Source: a virus
Length of the DNA: 64,000 nucleotides
Direction: 5' to 3' (one strand)
Virus record (IMG/VR): IMGVR_UViG_3300042484_001840
Span: 32,001-96,000 of that record
This document shows, piece after piece, positions 38,376-46,694 of the stretch; position 1 is the first letter of the stretch, and each line of letters begins with the position of its first letter. The translations under genes were made by a program, and so were the position numbers. The notes beneath the pieces were generated by a model. The model saw only the letters and a list, made by a program, of their open reading frames with translations, made no database searches and had not been told where the DNA came from.

Positions 38376-38691
38376 CACCGCCGAAACGCTCAGGGGAATC
38401 TGTGCCAGCACACCCCACGCCCTCGCGTCCGCACGGGAGCAGAATTTTGTCGCCAGTGAGGTAGGCGTGAATCATGTCGGTCTGAGTTGGGATCGGCACT
38501 CGCGCTGGCGGAGGCTCTGGTAATCCCAGTTCCTCGTCCAGTGCGCGCATCAGCGTCTGGATGCACCAGTTCGTGTAGGCTACACCTAACTTCTCTGCGT
38601 GCTCTACAAGTCGGTTCTTCTGTTTGCCCGGCAAGCGGAGAACGATTGTTGCTGGCTGGGTCTCGTTAGACTTGCGGGGTTTGGCGGGCAT
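38338..38691 (-). CDS. Ribbon-helix-helix-like protein with C-terminal Zn finger
   Basis: TIVLRLPGKQKNRLVEHAEKLGVAYTNW; PCG...C...FCPEC. Confidence 0.6.
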   Translation of the reverse strand: MPAKPRKSNETQPATIVLRLPGKQKNRLVEHAEKLGVAYTNWCIQTLMRALDEELGLPEPPPARVPIPTQTDMIHAYLTGDKILLPCGREGVGCAGTDSPERFGGASFCPECRIRVA

Positions 38692-38839
38692 CGCGCTCCA
38701 CTAGCGTCAGCAGGTATTCGGTGATGGTCATGTCGTATCCTTCGGCTAGGGCGAGGATCTGGTTCTTCGTTTTGCCAGCGATCTTGAGAGTGATAGTCGT
38801 CTTAGGGGAGGCAGTTGGTTTTGGGGGTCGTCCGATCAT
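38666..38839 (-). CDS. 57-aa ribbon-helix-helix protein (not in ORF track)
   Basis: Manual translation MIGRPPKPTASPKTTITLKIAGKTKNQILALAEGYDMTITEYLLTLVERDARQTPQV; similar pattern to the adjacent RHH gene. Confidence 0.7.
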   Translation of the reverse strand: MIGRPPKPTASPKTTITLKIAGKTKNQILALAEGYDMTITEYLLTLVERDARQTPQV

Positions 38840-38939
38840 GTTGGTAGTTTACTGAAAGGAGGTTGCTTTTTGGGGATGGGTCCTGTATAATAGTGTTATA
38901 CCGAAAAGTGTTCGGTTTAAATTACTAAGGAGTATTACT

Positions 38940-39494
38940 ATGAACCGTTTAGATTTAGGCGACTTCAAGTTCGCAGAGAGTCTTGAACGACTCGTCACCC
39001 GACCGAAGGCATTGAATGGCATCGCCCTTCCGACTGTCCGTAACCTAGTTGAGTCGCGTCTTATCAACGCTGACTTTGACGCAGTGATTACATCAGGACC
39101 AAAGGAACGCGAAGTCAACTGGGATCACCCCAACCATCGCGTCTGGGAGTTTGACGATTCGGAAGATAGTTACGGTCCTAAGTTGGAACAAGTAGAAGAG
39201 ATGATCTTTTGGGGTGCACAGCAAGACGATGTTCTCGTTCACTGTCACGCAGGGATGAGTCGCTCTACTGCTACGGCTTGGGGTATCTGTATCGCTAAGG
39301 GCTTGGATGCCAAGGAGAGTCTTGTGGCTCTACTGGATGCTCACCCTAATGATGATGGATACGACGAGAAGCGTTGGTTCTGCCCGAATGGACTTCTTGT
39401 CCGCCACATGCAGACCATCTTCAATGATCCGACTCTCTTGGATATCCGTGAAGAAGTGCTACGCGACGACAAGCGCATCAGCCACTGGCTGTGA
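38940..39494 (+). CDS. Cys-dependent (PTP/dual-specificity-like) phosphatase
   Basis: VLVHCHAGMSRSTA (HCx5R), upstream FDD acid loop and downstream PN motif; TATAAT and AGGAG upstream. Confidence 0.85.
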   Translation: MNRLDLGDFKFAESLERLVTRPKALNGIALPTVRNLVESRLINADFDAVITSGPKEREVNWDHPNHRVWEFDDSEDSYGPKLEQVEEMIFWGAQQDDVLVHCHAGMSRSTATAWGICIAKGLDAKESLVALLDAHPNDDGYDEKRWFCPNGLLVRHMQTIFNDPTLLDIREEVLRDDKRISHWL

Positions 39495-39947
39495 GAGTGC
39501 GTATAACTGTTTCTCATATTCCTTGACAATCTTGTCGTAGGTAGAGAGGAACATCTCTCGGTCCCCATTCGTGTGGAGGTTGTAGGAACTAACTCCTCCT
39601 AGAGCCTTCACCGTTTGGGAGACTAGAGCGTGGATAGATTCAGATGAATAGTTGCCAGAGTGTGCCGCATCAGCAGCACGCCTGAACTGCTGCCATGCTT
39701 CTCCGCCACTGGGTACTGATTCGCCGTGGATCAAATCAACAGTTCTCCGACGCACTTCGCCTACGCGAGGCATGTAACTGTTTTCTATAACAAGGTCGTC
39801 AAGCACGAGGTCAACATCATCCTTGTTTAAATCTTTGAGAATGCGCCACCACGCTTCGTACGCCTGCTTCTGATAGACAGGGTTAATCTGCTGGTTCCAA
39901 CTCAGATAAATTCTGTCAACAATTTGACACAGTTCTGTTTTAGTCAT
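39459..39947 (-). CDS. Replicative helicase loader/inhibitor-like (G39P-like) protein
   Basis: MTKTE...AWWRILKDL...YMPRVGEVRR...EAWQ pattern; coupled to the upstream replication-type gene. Confidence 0.55.
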   Translation of the reverse strand: MTKTELCQIVDRIYLSWNQQINPVYQKQAYEAWWRILKDLNKDDVDLVLDDLVIENSYMPRVGEVRRRTVDLIHGESVPSGGEAWQQFRRAADAAHSGNYSSESIHALVSQTVKALGGVSSYNLHTNGDREMFLSTYDKIVKEYEKQLYALSQPVADALVVA

Positions 39948-40347
39948 CTAAGAAGCCACCCTTGCTGTCATCCGCCACCGTGAGGTTAGAGAACCGCTCA
40001 ATGTGAGCCGAGTCCCGCAGGATTAATTCTAGCGAGTTGTAAACCGTTCCGCTTGGATTTTGTCCCATGTGCCAAGGAGATAGGGCACAGCCCCGTATCG
40101 CATCCTTAACAATGTCCGATCCAAATTGGTTGACTGCCACTGTGATCAACTTCGTCCGCTCGTCGGAGAGGCGGGGCTTCCTACCTTTACCTTGGAAAAA
40201 AGTATCTACATAGGTTTGCCAGACCTGAAGAATGATTGCGGGGCTAACAGGTTGTAGATAGTTAGCGCGCTTCTTCTCGGTGCGGGACTGTTTAGTTGGT
40301 TCATCTAAATCAAATAGACTTGGTTGTTCTGAAATAATTTCAGGCAT
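39940..40347 (-). CDS. Replication initiator C-terminal-like protein
   Basis: VWQTY...LSDERTKLI...AIRGCALSPWHMGQN...LELILRD; start at 40347 follows AGGGGAG. Confidence 0.5.
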   Translation of the reverse strand: MPEIISEQPSLFDLDEPTKQSRTEKKRANYLQPVSPAIILQVWQTYVDTFFQGKGRKPRLSDERTKLITVAVNQFGSDIVKDAIRGCALSPWHMGQNPSGTVYNSLELILRDSAHIERFSNLTVADDSKGGFLDD

Positions 40348-40800
40348 AATTCTCCCCTTAACTTTAGTAATTCTTAGTTTACCAACAAGGATAAACATAT
40401 ATCAACTTATTCCACGGAATATTTAACAAGAAGAAAAGAACACATTACCCTGGAGTAATACGAAACTTGTTTCGTTTTACGACACCAGTAAAGAGTGCAA
40501 CATAACTAAAGAGAGATTAGGTAAGACCTGGAGGGGGGTCTGGGGGGAACCATCGTCTTTTGCTGTCGTACTTTGGGGTACGCTCAAGCAAGCCCTTCGG
40601 ACTAGAGTATGTTGTTCTGACGGGTATGAGGCCTCGTCGTGTTTGTAAGATACTGACTATAGCGCGAGTCATACGCCACCGTCGCATATAGGACATTTTT
40701 TTTGAAAAAGTTTTGCAACTGTAACATTCGTTGCGTGTTTTAGTGTAATGTAGTTACGCGGGGAATGTTTCGCCCCCTTATATTCACCGCATGGTTGAGG

Positions 40801-40844
40801 TGGTGGAGGTTAAGTGCGTCATGAGCGTTCTTTAACCTCCACCA
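40801..40844. terminator. 13-bp inverted repeat (hairpin) just downstream of the 40853-41323 gene
   Basis: TGGTGGAGGTTAA...TTAACCTCCACCA. Confidence 0.55.
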
Positions 40845-40852
40845 ACTCCCAC

Positions 40853-41323
40853 TTAGATGATGGGGAGATTGAACTCTCGTCGTTCTACCATGATGCCAAG
40901 AGCGCAGTAGTTCACTAGATCTAAGAATGTATCTTGCATTGCTTCGTGATTAGGCTGTCTTCCGTCACCGTCAAGATTTTCTAAGCGCGCCACTTTGTCG
41001 TGGATGCGTACTAGCAATCCTTGTCGTCCAAAGCGAGTGATTGCATCTGGACCATAATCTTTTTGCTTTGATACAAGAATATTTACACATTCTTTTTTGT
41101 TTAGATCTAGTTCTCTCAATCGCGCTACTTCAATTGCTTCCGCACCAATCTGTGAGAAGAACACACAGGCTTGGATGTTTCCACCTCGTCGGTCGTAGAG
41201 TGATTCAATAAACCCATCTAGATACTTGCGTATCATTGCTGGTGATTTATCTTTCCTCTTTAAGACGAGTGAGAAGATGGCATCAATTGCTGACTCTGCT
41301 GATTCGTTCCATGTTTGTGGCAT
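40853..41323 (-). CDS. DUF1599/nucleotide-modification-associated (dNTP pyrophosphatase-like) protein
   Basis: LVSKQKDYG...GLLVRIHDKVARLENL...DTFLDLVNY. Confidence 0.7.
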   Translation of the reverse strand: MPQTWNESAESAIDAIFSLVLKRKDKSPAMIRKYLDGFIESLYDRRGGNIQACVFFSQIGAEAIEVARLRELDLNKKECVNILVSKQKDYGPDAITRFGRQGLLVRIHDKVARLENLDGDGRQPNHEAMQDTFLDLVNYCALGIMVERREFNLPII

Positions 41324-41370
41324 GAATCTATTTTTATCACAGAGTCATACACCACCGTCGTTTGTTGAGA

Positions 41371-41595
41371 TCAGCCCTGCCAGATTTTTTGGTATGACAG
41401 TGGCCACTGAGACACTGGTTCGCATCCCTTGTCAAAGTGATCCTTGAGTGCTTCGTCGGTACCGCATGCGGAGCAGATCTCCGTCTTGTTATCCGCTCGC
41501 GAGATCGCGCCAGGGTATGCGCCTGGTGTTTCATTGTTCGGAATGTGGTTATTCACACAGCGCGGACAGATCTTGTGGACTGTTTTAGTATTCAT
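41371..41595 (-). CDS. Small Zn-finger protein
   Basis: CPRC...AISRADNKTEICSACGTDEA; AGGAG RBS. Confidence 0.7.
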   Translation of the reverse strand: MNTKTVHKICPRCVNNHIPNNETPGAYPGAISRADNKTEICSACGTDEALKDHFDKGCEPVSQWPLSYQKIWQG

Positions 41596-41653
41596 TTTTA
41601 CTCCTAGTTAGTAGATTATTTATTGTTAGTAGATGATTTATTAGATAAGTTTA

Positions 41654-41941
41654 TCAGGACTCTTCAAAGTAGTCAACAATCATTTCAAACTTGAGTGATG
41701 TCAAGTGTGCGATCACTGTGTCGGTTAGGCATATCCAGAGTTCTTGATCCTCAAGGATCTGCTCTCCTAATATTTCTAAATCCAAATCAGTGAGTTCATA
41801 CACAAAGTCATACAGGCTGTTTGGTACTACTGGCTCAAAGTTGTCGTTAACAATGCTTCGTATTAGTTGTGGGGAAAGAACAAGCGCGTTAGACGGTGGT
41901 GTCCGATCCCTCTTCCACCACCGTCGCTTGTTGAGAGTCAC
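41654..41941 (-). CDS. Hypothetical protein
   Basis: Coupled ORF in a minus-strand run. Confidence 0.55.
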   Translation of the reverse strand: MTLNKRRWWKRDRTPPSNALVLSPQLIRSIVNDNFEPVVPNSLYDFVYELTDLDLEILGEQILEDQELWICLTDTVIAHLTSLKFEMIVDYFEES

Positions 41942-42216
41942 TCTTCTCCGACCCAGCGGGCGAAGATGTCATAACGCTGTTTGCCGTCTTCCGATTGGAT
42001 GTATCGGCAAGTTGTTTCAATGCCGGGGTAAGCAATCTTCAGTCGTGTTGAGAATGTTGGCGATGATGCTCGCTTGAACACTGCCCATGACTTCGGCTTT
42101 TGCTTCAGTTCCTCCACGAATGGGAGATACTTCTTCATTGACTTTTCGGATGTGTCTTTTTTTTCTGTGCTCTTGCTGTGGGAAGGCTTTGGGTCTTCCC
42201 ATTGAATGTCAATCAT
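41938..42216 (-). CDS. Hypothetical protein
   Basis: MIDIQWEDP...IFARWVG; AAGGA RBS, coupled to neighbours. Confidence 0.6.
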   Translation of the reverse strand: MIDIQWEDPKPSHSKSTEKKDTSEKSMKKYLPFVEELKQKPKSWAVFKRASSPTFSTRLKIAYPGIETTCRYIQSEDGKQRYDIFARWVGEE

Positions 42217-42401
42217 TTCCTTGTTTCCTTGTTCTGTGTAATCCCCATTAACCATGGGGTGTATTGGCTTGCGTACATTGACGCTTCAAAGAATGTTCTG
42301 AAGCGTCTCACTGTATCACTATGAGGAAAGTCTACACACCAATTGCGTGTGTCGCCATCCTTCTGAGTGATTTCTTCGTAGTAAATCGTAACCTTTCTCA
42401 C
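42213..42401 (-). CDS. Hypothetical protein
   Basis: Overlaps both neighbours by 4 nt. Confidence 0.5.
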   Translation of the reverse strand: MRKVTIYYEEITQKDGDTRNWCVDFPHSDTVRRFRTFFEASMYASQYTPWLMGITQNKETRK

Positions 42402-42853
42402 TTCACCCCTCTTCCCTTAAACCTGTCGTGGGCTTCACGGATACCTTCCATGAATGAGAGATTGTAGGTTTCCCATAAATCGTCATCGCTCAAAATCCAA
42501 CTACCTGTCTCTTGGAGTTCTTCGTCAGTTGCGATACCAGCAACCCACAGGAGTGCGTCCTTGGTATCGGGGAATAAATCATAAGCACCAATGCCAATCA
42601 CTTCCCGTGCGTTCTCACGAAGCGCAGAGGGAGAGAACAGCATGGCATTGCCGTAGGTGACATCTGCTGGTACAGATGTATTGACAGGGCGACCGAGCCG
42701 TTCGGCAAGTTCGCACACGACACCATCGTCAAAGTAGTCGTCGCCAGTAATGCGAGCCTCGTCGTGGTCGTCAAGGTCGTCCATATCTATGATGACGCAT
42801 TCGCTAGCGTCAATGATTGTCTCAGTTCCTAAGTGAACAATAAACTTTGCCAT
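42398..42853 (-). CDS. Acidic hypothetical protein
   Basis: Start moved to 42853, directly after the conserved promoter/leader cassette. Confidence 0.65.
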   Translation of the reverse strand: MAKFIVHLGTETIIDASECVIIDMDDLDDHDEARITGDDYFDDGVVCELAERLGRPVNTSVPADVTYGNAMLFSPSALRENAREVIGIGAYDLFPDTKDALLWVAGIATDEELQETGSWILSDDDLWETYNLSFMEGIREAHDRFKGRGVK

Positions 42854-42934
42854 AAGTAATCCTTTGTTAGTAGTTGCGTGTGTAATCATTATAGCAGGGT
42901 TATGTAGATTACACAACCCTGCTACTTAGATTTA

Positions 42935-43633
42935 TCAGATTATTTGTTCTGCTCGCTCTTTTATTTTGACTAGAGCGTCGTCAAAGAAATTATAGAACTG
43001 TTCATAACCGTCATCGTCATCAAGGTCAATGTCTCCCGATGGTGATGGCTCTTCGCTTTCGTCAAACATGACATCGCCATCCATGACGACGACATAGCCG
43101 ACATAGCCCATACCCGTTTCGCTGTACGCAACACTAAATGTAAGCGTCGGATACATCTCGGAGATTTTGACGAGGAAACCATTTGAGAATGGACTCCAAG
43201 CAGTGTTGTAGAAAATCTCCAACTGTCCGATTGGGGTAGCAGTTCCTATGGGTGCGTTTGTAATTTCAGTATCGTAGTCGCCCCACTTAGTTCCCCAGTT
43301 ACTATTTGCCCAGTCATACCAGTTGCTGTAGCCAGTCTCGGCTAGAGACTTCTGCCCAGCCTCGTACTTTTCCACTGTGTCTTTGACTAGGTGGTCGTAC
43401 CATTCCTGAGTCATCTTGCCATCGTCCAGCATGACCTTCCAATTTGGGTGAGGTTCAGGGGATGTTGGGGTTGGTGACTGCGTGCCATCTAGAGCACTAG
43501 GCATTGGGACTAATGAGGCAATTTTGACAATTCGGTTGCCATCCTTGTCGGTAGATTGGATATCGTTCCAAAAACGAGATAGTAGGGCATTGTCACCCTT
43601 GACTGTCATAGTGTTATCGCAATGGTTAGGCAT
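42935..43633 (-). CDS. DUF1281/YubB ferredoxin-like family protein
   Basis: MPNHCDN...WYDWANSNWGTKW...NTAWSP...YSETG. Confidence 0.75.
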   Translation of the reverse strand: MPNHCDNTMTVKGDNALLSRFWNDIQSTDKDGNRIVKIASLVPMPSALDGTQSPTPTSPEPHPNWKVMLDDGKMTQEWYDHLVKDTVEKYEAGQKSLAETGYSNWYDWANSNWGTKWGDYDTEITNAPIGTATPIGQLEIFYNTAWSPFSNGFLVKISEMYPTLTFSVAYSETGMGYVGYVVVMDGDVMFDESEEPSPSGDIDLDDDDGYEQFYNFFDDALVKIKERAEQII

Positions 43634-43690
43634 TGTGTGTCCTTTCGGTAGTAGTTGATTGTATAAGTATACACTGTATTTTGTGTAATG

Positions 43691-43987
43691 TCAACACGCA
43701 GAGTTAATAAAATCCTGAGCGAGGACACTAAAATCTTGATTGTCGTGCTTGAAAAATCTTTCCCAATCGCTATCCCCACAAGCAAGCAATACAGCAAGCC
43801 CTGCTAAAGCGACGGGGAGTGAGTCATATGTTTCGGTGTAATCGTTAGCAACGAAGTCTGTCCACCAAAGCGAATACTTGCCATCGTTCTCGTGGAGTTC
43901 TATGCCGATATGGTACTTGTCCACGATGAATGAGTAGAGGGAAATACCGTTCTCATTGTCTGTGCTGAAATCTTTGAAAATCTTCAT
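43691..43987 (-). CDS. Hypothetical protein
   Basis: AGGAG RBS, coupled to the upstream gene. Confidence 0.6.
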   Translation of the reverse strand: MKIFKDFSTDNENGISLYSFIVDKYHIGIELHENDGKYSLWWTDFVANDYTETYDSLPVALAGLAVLLACGDSDWERFFKHDNQDFSVLAQDFINSAC

Positions 43988-44295
43988 TTGTAGTTTCTCC
44001 TTAGTGAGTTAGTACGGCTTTTTGCGTCCATTGCTTCTTTGCCCCACAGACTGTGGAGTGTGTAATGTTGGATAAGTAACCCAACAGCCTTCCAGATATC
44101 CTCTGCTGTCCATTCACTGTCGTCGCCCATGTCAGGGTTATCAAAGTCAATGTCGTAGATAAATCCATCTAAAGCAACTTCAGGAGTGCTGACAAGCGTG
44201 TAGTAGTGCTCGTCAATAATCTCAGCGAGTTCGTGAATTGCCCGACTTTCGTTGGCAAGTTCTTCCATCTCTGCGTGCTGTTCCCATGAAATCAT
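43984..44295 (-). CDS. Acidic hypothetical protein
   Basis: Has its own promoter cassette. Confidence 0.65.
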   Translation of the reverse strand: MISWEQHAEMEELANESRAIHELAEIIDEHYYTLVSTPEVALDGFIYDIDFDNPDMGDDSEWTAEDIWKAVGLLIQHYTLHSLWGKEAMDAKSRTNSLRRNYK

Positions 44296-44381
44296 TACTG
44301 TGTCCTTTCGTAGTAGGTATAGGTGTAAGTATACACGCTGAGAAGCAATAAAGCAACCCAGCGTGTAAACTTTTTAAAAAA

Positions 44382-44846
44382 TCACCAAGATGATGAGTAG
44401 TTAAACTCCCAGTCTTCGGGGAGTGTCAGCAACTTCCCAATAGCGTCGGCGGTGTATTGGACATTGCCCATATACCACTCGTCGTATTCTGTGCCCCCAA
44501 AGAAAAAGCCCTCTTGGACTGGCAGGAGTTCGCTAGCGAGAGAGTTGTCAGCGAGAACCTTTTTGCAAATGTCCACGAGTTCCGTTAGTTGGTCTCGTGA
44601 CACATAGGAAGTCTGACAGTTGTCTAAACCGTCTTGACAGTTCTTGACGAACCAGCCGTGAACGGCATTAGCCTTTCGCCAGTAGGCAACCTTAACTTCA
44701 ATAGAAGCAGATGGAAGTTCGTCGCTAACGAAATCGCCAATCTTGGAAAGTTCCATAAGTGACTGATAGAGAGCATTGCTCTCAGGTGTGCTCCACTTCG
44801 TTCCCGAAGCGTATTTGCGTGCGTATAAAAATTGGTCAAGTCCCAT
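44382..44846 (-). CDS. Conserved phage protein (MGLD...YWRKAN family)
   Basis: MGLDQFLY...YWRKANAVHGWFV...GFFFGGTEYDEWY...YSSSW; own cassette. Confidence 0.75.
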   Translation of the reverse strand: MGLDQFLYARKYASGTKWSTPESNALYQSLMELSKIGDFVSDELPSASIEVKVAYWRKANAVHGWFVKNCQDGLDNCQTSYVSRDQLTELVDICKKVLADNSLASELLPVQEGFFFGGTEYDEWYMGNVQYTADAIGKLLTLPEDWEFNYSSSW

Positions 44847-44928
44847 TGTTGTGTCCTTTGTTAGTAGTTGTGTGTGTAATCATTATACAGTATCTGTAGG
44901 GGTTTTGCAACCCCTACAGAAAGATTTA

Positions 44929-45240
44929 TCAGAGTGACCGAAAGTAATAGCCGTCTGTTTCCCAAAAGTCGCCACCTTGGAATAGGTCATGGGCATACTT
45001 GGCGAAATCAAAGTATCGCCAAACTCGCTCGTGAATGCCATCCATAAAGCAACTCTCATAAGCATGGAACTCTCCGAACTCTTTATGCGAGCCGAAGTAC
45101 CCATAATAGGAGTCGGTATAGTCACTGATTTCGCCCTCTGCGTCCTCGGCAGAAATATGGTAATTGAGACAAAACTCAGTGAATGAATTGACATCTAAAC
45201 CGTTGTCCTCGGCAATGCTTTCATAAGTAATGGTGTCCAT
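44929..45240 (-). CDS. ArdA-like antirestriction protein (short form)
   Basis: Acidic; YYGYFGSHKEFGE...RYFDFAKYAHDLF..GDFWETDGYYFR matches the ArdA C-terminal pattern. Confidence 0.65.
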   Translation of the reverse strand: MDTITYESIAEDNGLDVNSFTEFCLNYHISAEDAEGEISDYTDSYYGYFGSHKEFGEFHAYESCFMDGIHERVWRYFDFAKYAHDLFQGGDFWETDGYYFRSL

Positions 45241-45318
45241 AGTAATCCCTTCGTAGTGGTGTTAGATAAGTATAGCAGGTCTGTGTAAGGTTTACAACCT
45301 TATCATCAGATTTCTTTC

Positions 45319-45615
45319 TCAGAGCCGACCACCGTAGTCTCGCTCGTTGTAGTAGCGATTTTCCCACTGTGCTTGCTTTTCAGCATCAGCGATTTCGGTT
45401 TCCAACTCTTCAAAGATTTCCTTCATTGCTTCAATGACGAGTGAGTGGATATCGGCAACAGTGCCGTGGTTTTTAATTCCGATACCGACATTCTGTGCTT
45501 CTCGCACTTCGTCATACCAATTGAAAAGTGCTTGCCACTCTCCAATGTTGCGAGCGTTGTATTCGTCAGCAATAAGTTGCTTGATGACTTCCGTAAAGTT
45601 AGTGGTGGTTTCCAT
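45319..45615 (-). CDS. Hypothetical protein
   Basis: Start 45615 after the cassette; a second promoter copy lies at about 45730-45762. Confidence 0.65.
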   Translation of the reverse strand: METTTNFTEVIKQLIADEYNARNIGEWQALFNWYDEVREAQNVGIGIKNHGTVADIHSLVIEAMKEIFEELETEIADAEKQAQWENRYYNERDYGGRL

Positions 45616-45777
45616 AGTTGTCCTTTTCCGTAGTAGTGGCTTACCAGATAAGTATAGCAGATATGTGTAACAATTACAACATCTAAATAGATATTTATTA
45701 GATTTTTTTTTGCGCCGTAACCTATAGGACAAGTATAGCAGATGGGTGTAACAATTACAACCTATTTATAGATAAAG

Positions 45778-45810
45778 TTATCCACAAAGTTATCCACAGA
45801 CTTATTCACA
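45778..45810 (+). promoter_or_regulatory. Three DnaA boxes at 12-bp spacing
   Basis: TTATCCACA (45778), TTATCCACA (45790), TTATTCACA (45802). Confidence 0.75.
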
Positions 45811-45940
45811 GGCAAAAAATAGGGGGTCATCCGCCACCGTACGAAAAAGAGACACACAGTCCCGTACCCCAAATCGGGGAGCGGGGCTATCAACCTTCAT
45901 GACAAATTCTGTCAATACTTGCAAGCATTAGCCCCGCAAC

Positions 45941-45954
45941 CGAACTAATGTTCG
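45941..45954. promoter_or_regulatory. LexA (Gram-positive type SOS) box
   Basis: CGAAC-TAAT-GTTCG 4 nt before the ATG at 45959. Confidence 0.65.
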
Positions 45955-45958
45955 TAGC

Positions 45959-46324
45959 ATGATCAACCAGAATAAGTGGACAACCCACATCACAGCACTC
46001 CGCTCATATGCGGAACGAACAGGAACTACGCGAGTCCCGCGGACTCATGTAGAAAATACAGAAACAGGTGAAGTGCGCCTCGGCGCTTGGGTGTCGTATG
46101 TTCGTCACCGCCAGCGCAAGGGACACTTGTCAGTTGTGCAGATTCAGGAACTTGCAACACTCCCGAATTGGCACTACGAACCACTGCCCGCAGGACGGAC
46201 AGGCGACTCTGCCCGTGACGCTCTCATTCAAGCACGGTCTGAAGATGGCGCACGAGTCCGTGAACTCTCACAAGAGTTTGGTCTTACTCGTCAGCGGATT
46301 CATCAAATTATTTCAGCCAAGTGA
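45959..46324 (+). CDS. Helicase-associated (HA) domain plus HTH protein
   Basis: W...LRSYAERTGTTRVP...LGAWVSYVR...L; C-terminal RELSQEFGLTRQRIHQI. Confidence 0.75.
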   Translation: MINQNKWTTHITALRSYAERTGTTRVPRTHVENTETGEVRLGAWVSYVRHRQRKGHLSVVQIQELATLPNWHYEPLPAGRTGDSARDALIQARSEDGARVRELSQEFGLTRQRIHQIISAK

Positions 46325-46608
46325 ACAAGATGAATGAGTCATACGCCGAGTGGCAGAGAGAGTTTAGGAAGTCACAACAGGTGAAGCCGAAGAGTGAGAA
46401 AGTGAAACCAAAAGGTTTCGTACTGTTTCTCGCAATGATCTTCTACTCGCTCATAGTGTCTGTGATTTTTTTCGTTGTCGTCACTCTTGCCCTAAGTATT
46501 GCAGGGTGGTCAGACTTCCTGTCTGCTCGTGAAGTGTTCGGTATATGTTTTGGCATCTCTTCACTCAGGGGACTTGACAGAGTTTTCTACGGTAGGAATC
46601 CTTTTTAG
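46321..46608 (+). CDS. Membrane protein
   Basis: Two hydrophobic segments. Confidence 0.55.
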   Translation: MNKMNESYAEWQREFRKSQQVKPKSEKVKPKGFVLFLAMIFYSLIVSVIFFVVVTLALSIAGWSDFLSAREVFGICFGISSLRGLDRVFYGRNPF

Positions 46609-46615
46609 ATATAGC

Positions 46616-46651
46616 AAAGAGCGGTAGGTGATAAACACCTACCGCTCTTTT
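46616..46651. terminator. Bidirectional terminator between convergent genes
   Basis: AAAGAGCGGTAGGTG-ATAAA-CACCTACCGCTCTTT. Confidence 0.85.
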
Positions 46652-46694
46652 GTGAAGCAGAGAGGAAAGGACAAGTAACCCTCTGCTAAGAAAG

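Noticed and set aside
38901-38915. CCGAAAAGTGTTCGG as a LexA box before the phosphatase
   Set aside because: Half-site spacing is one base short of CGAAC-N4-GTTCG; it may be another operator but is not called.
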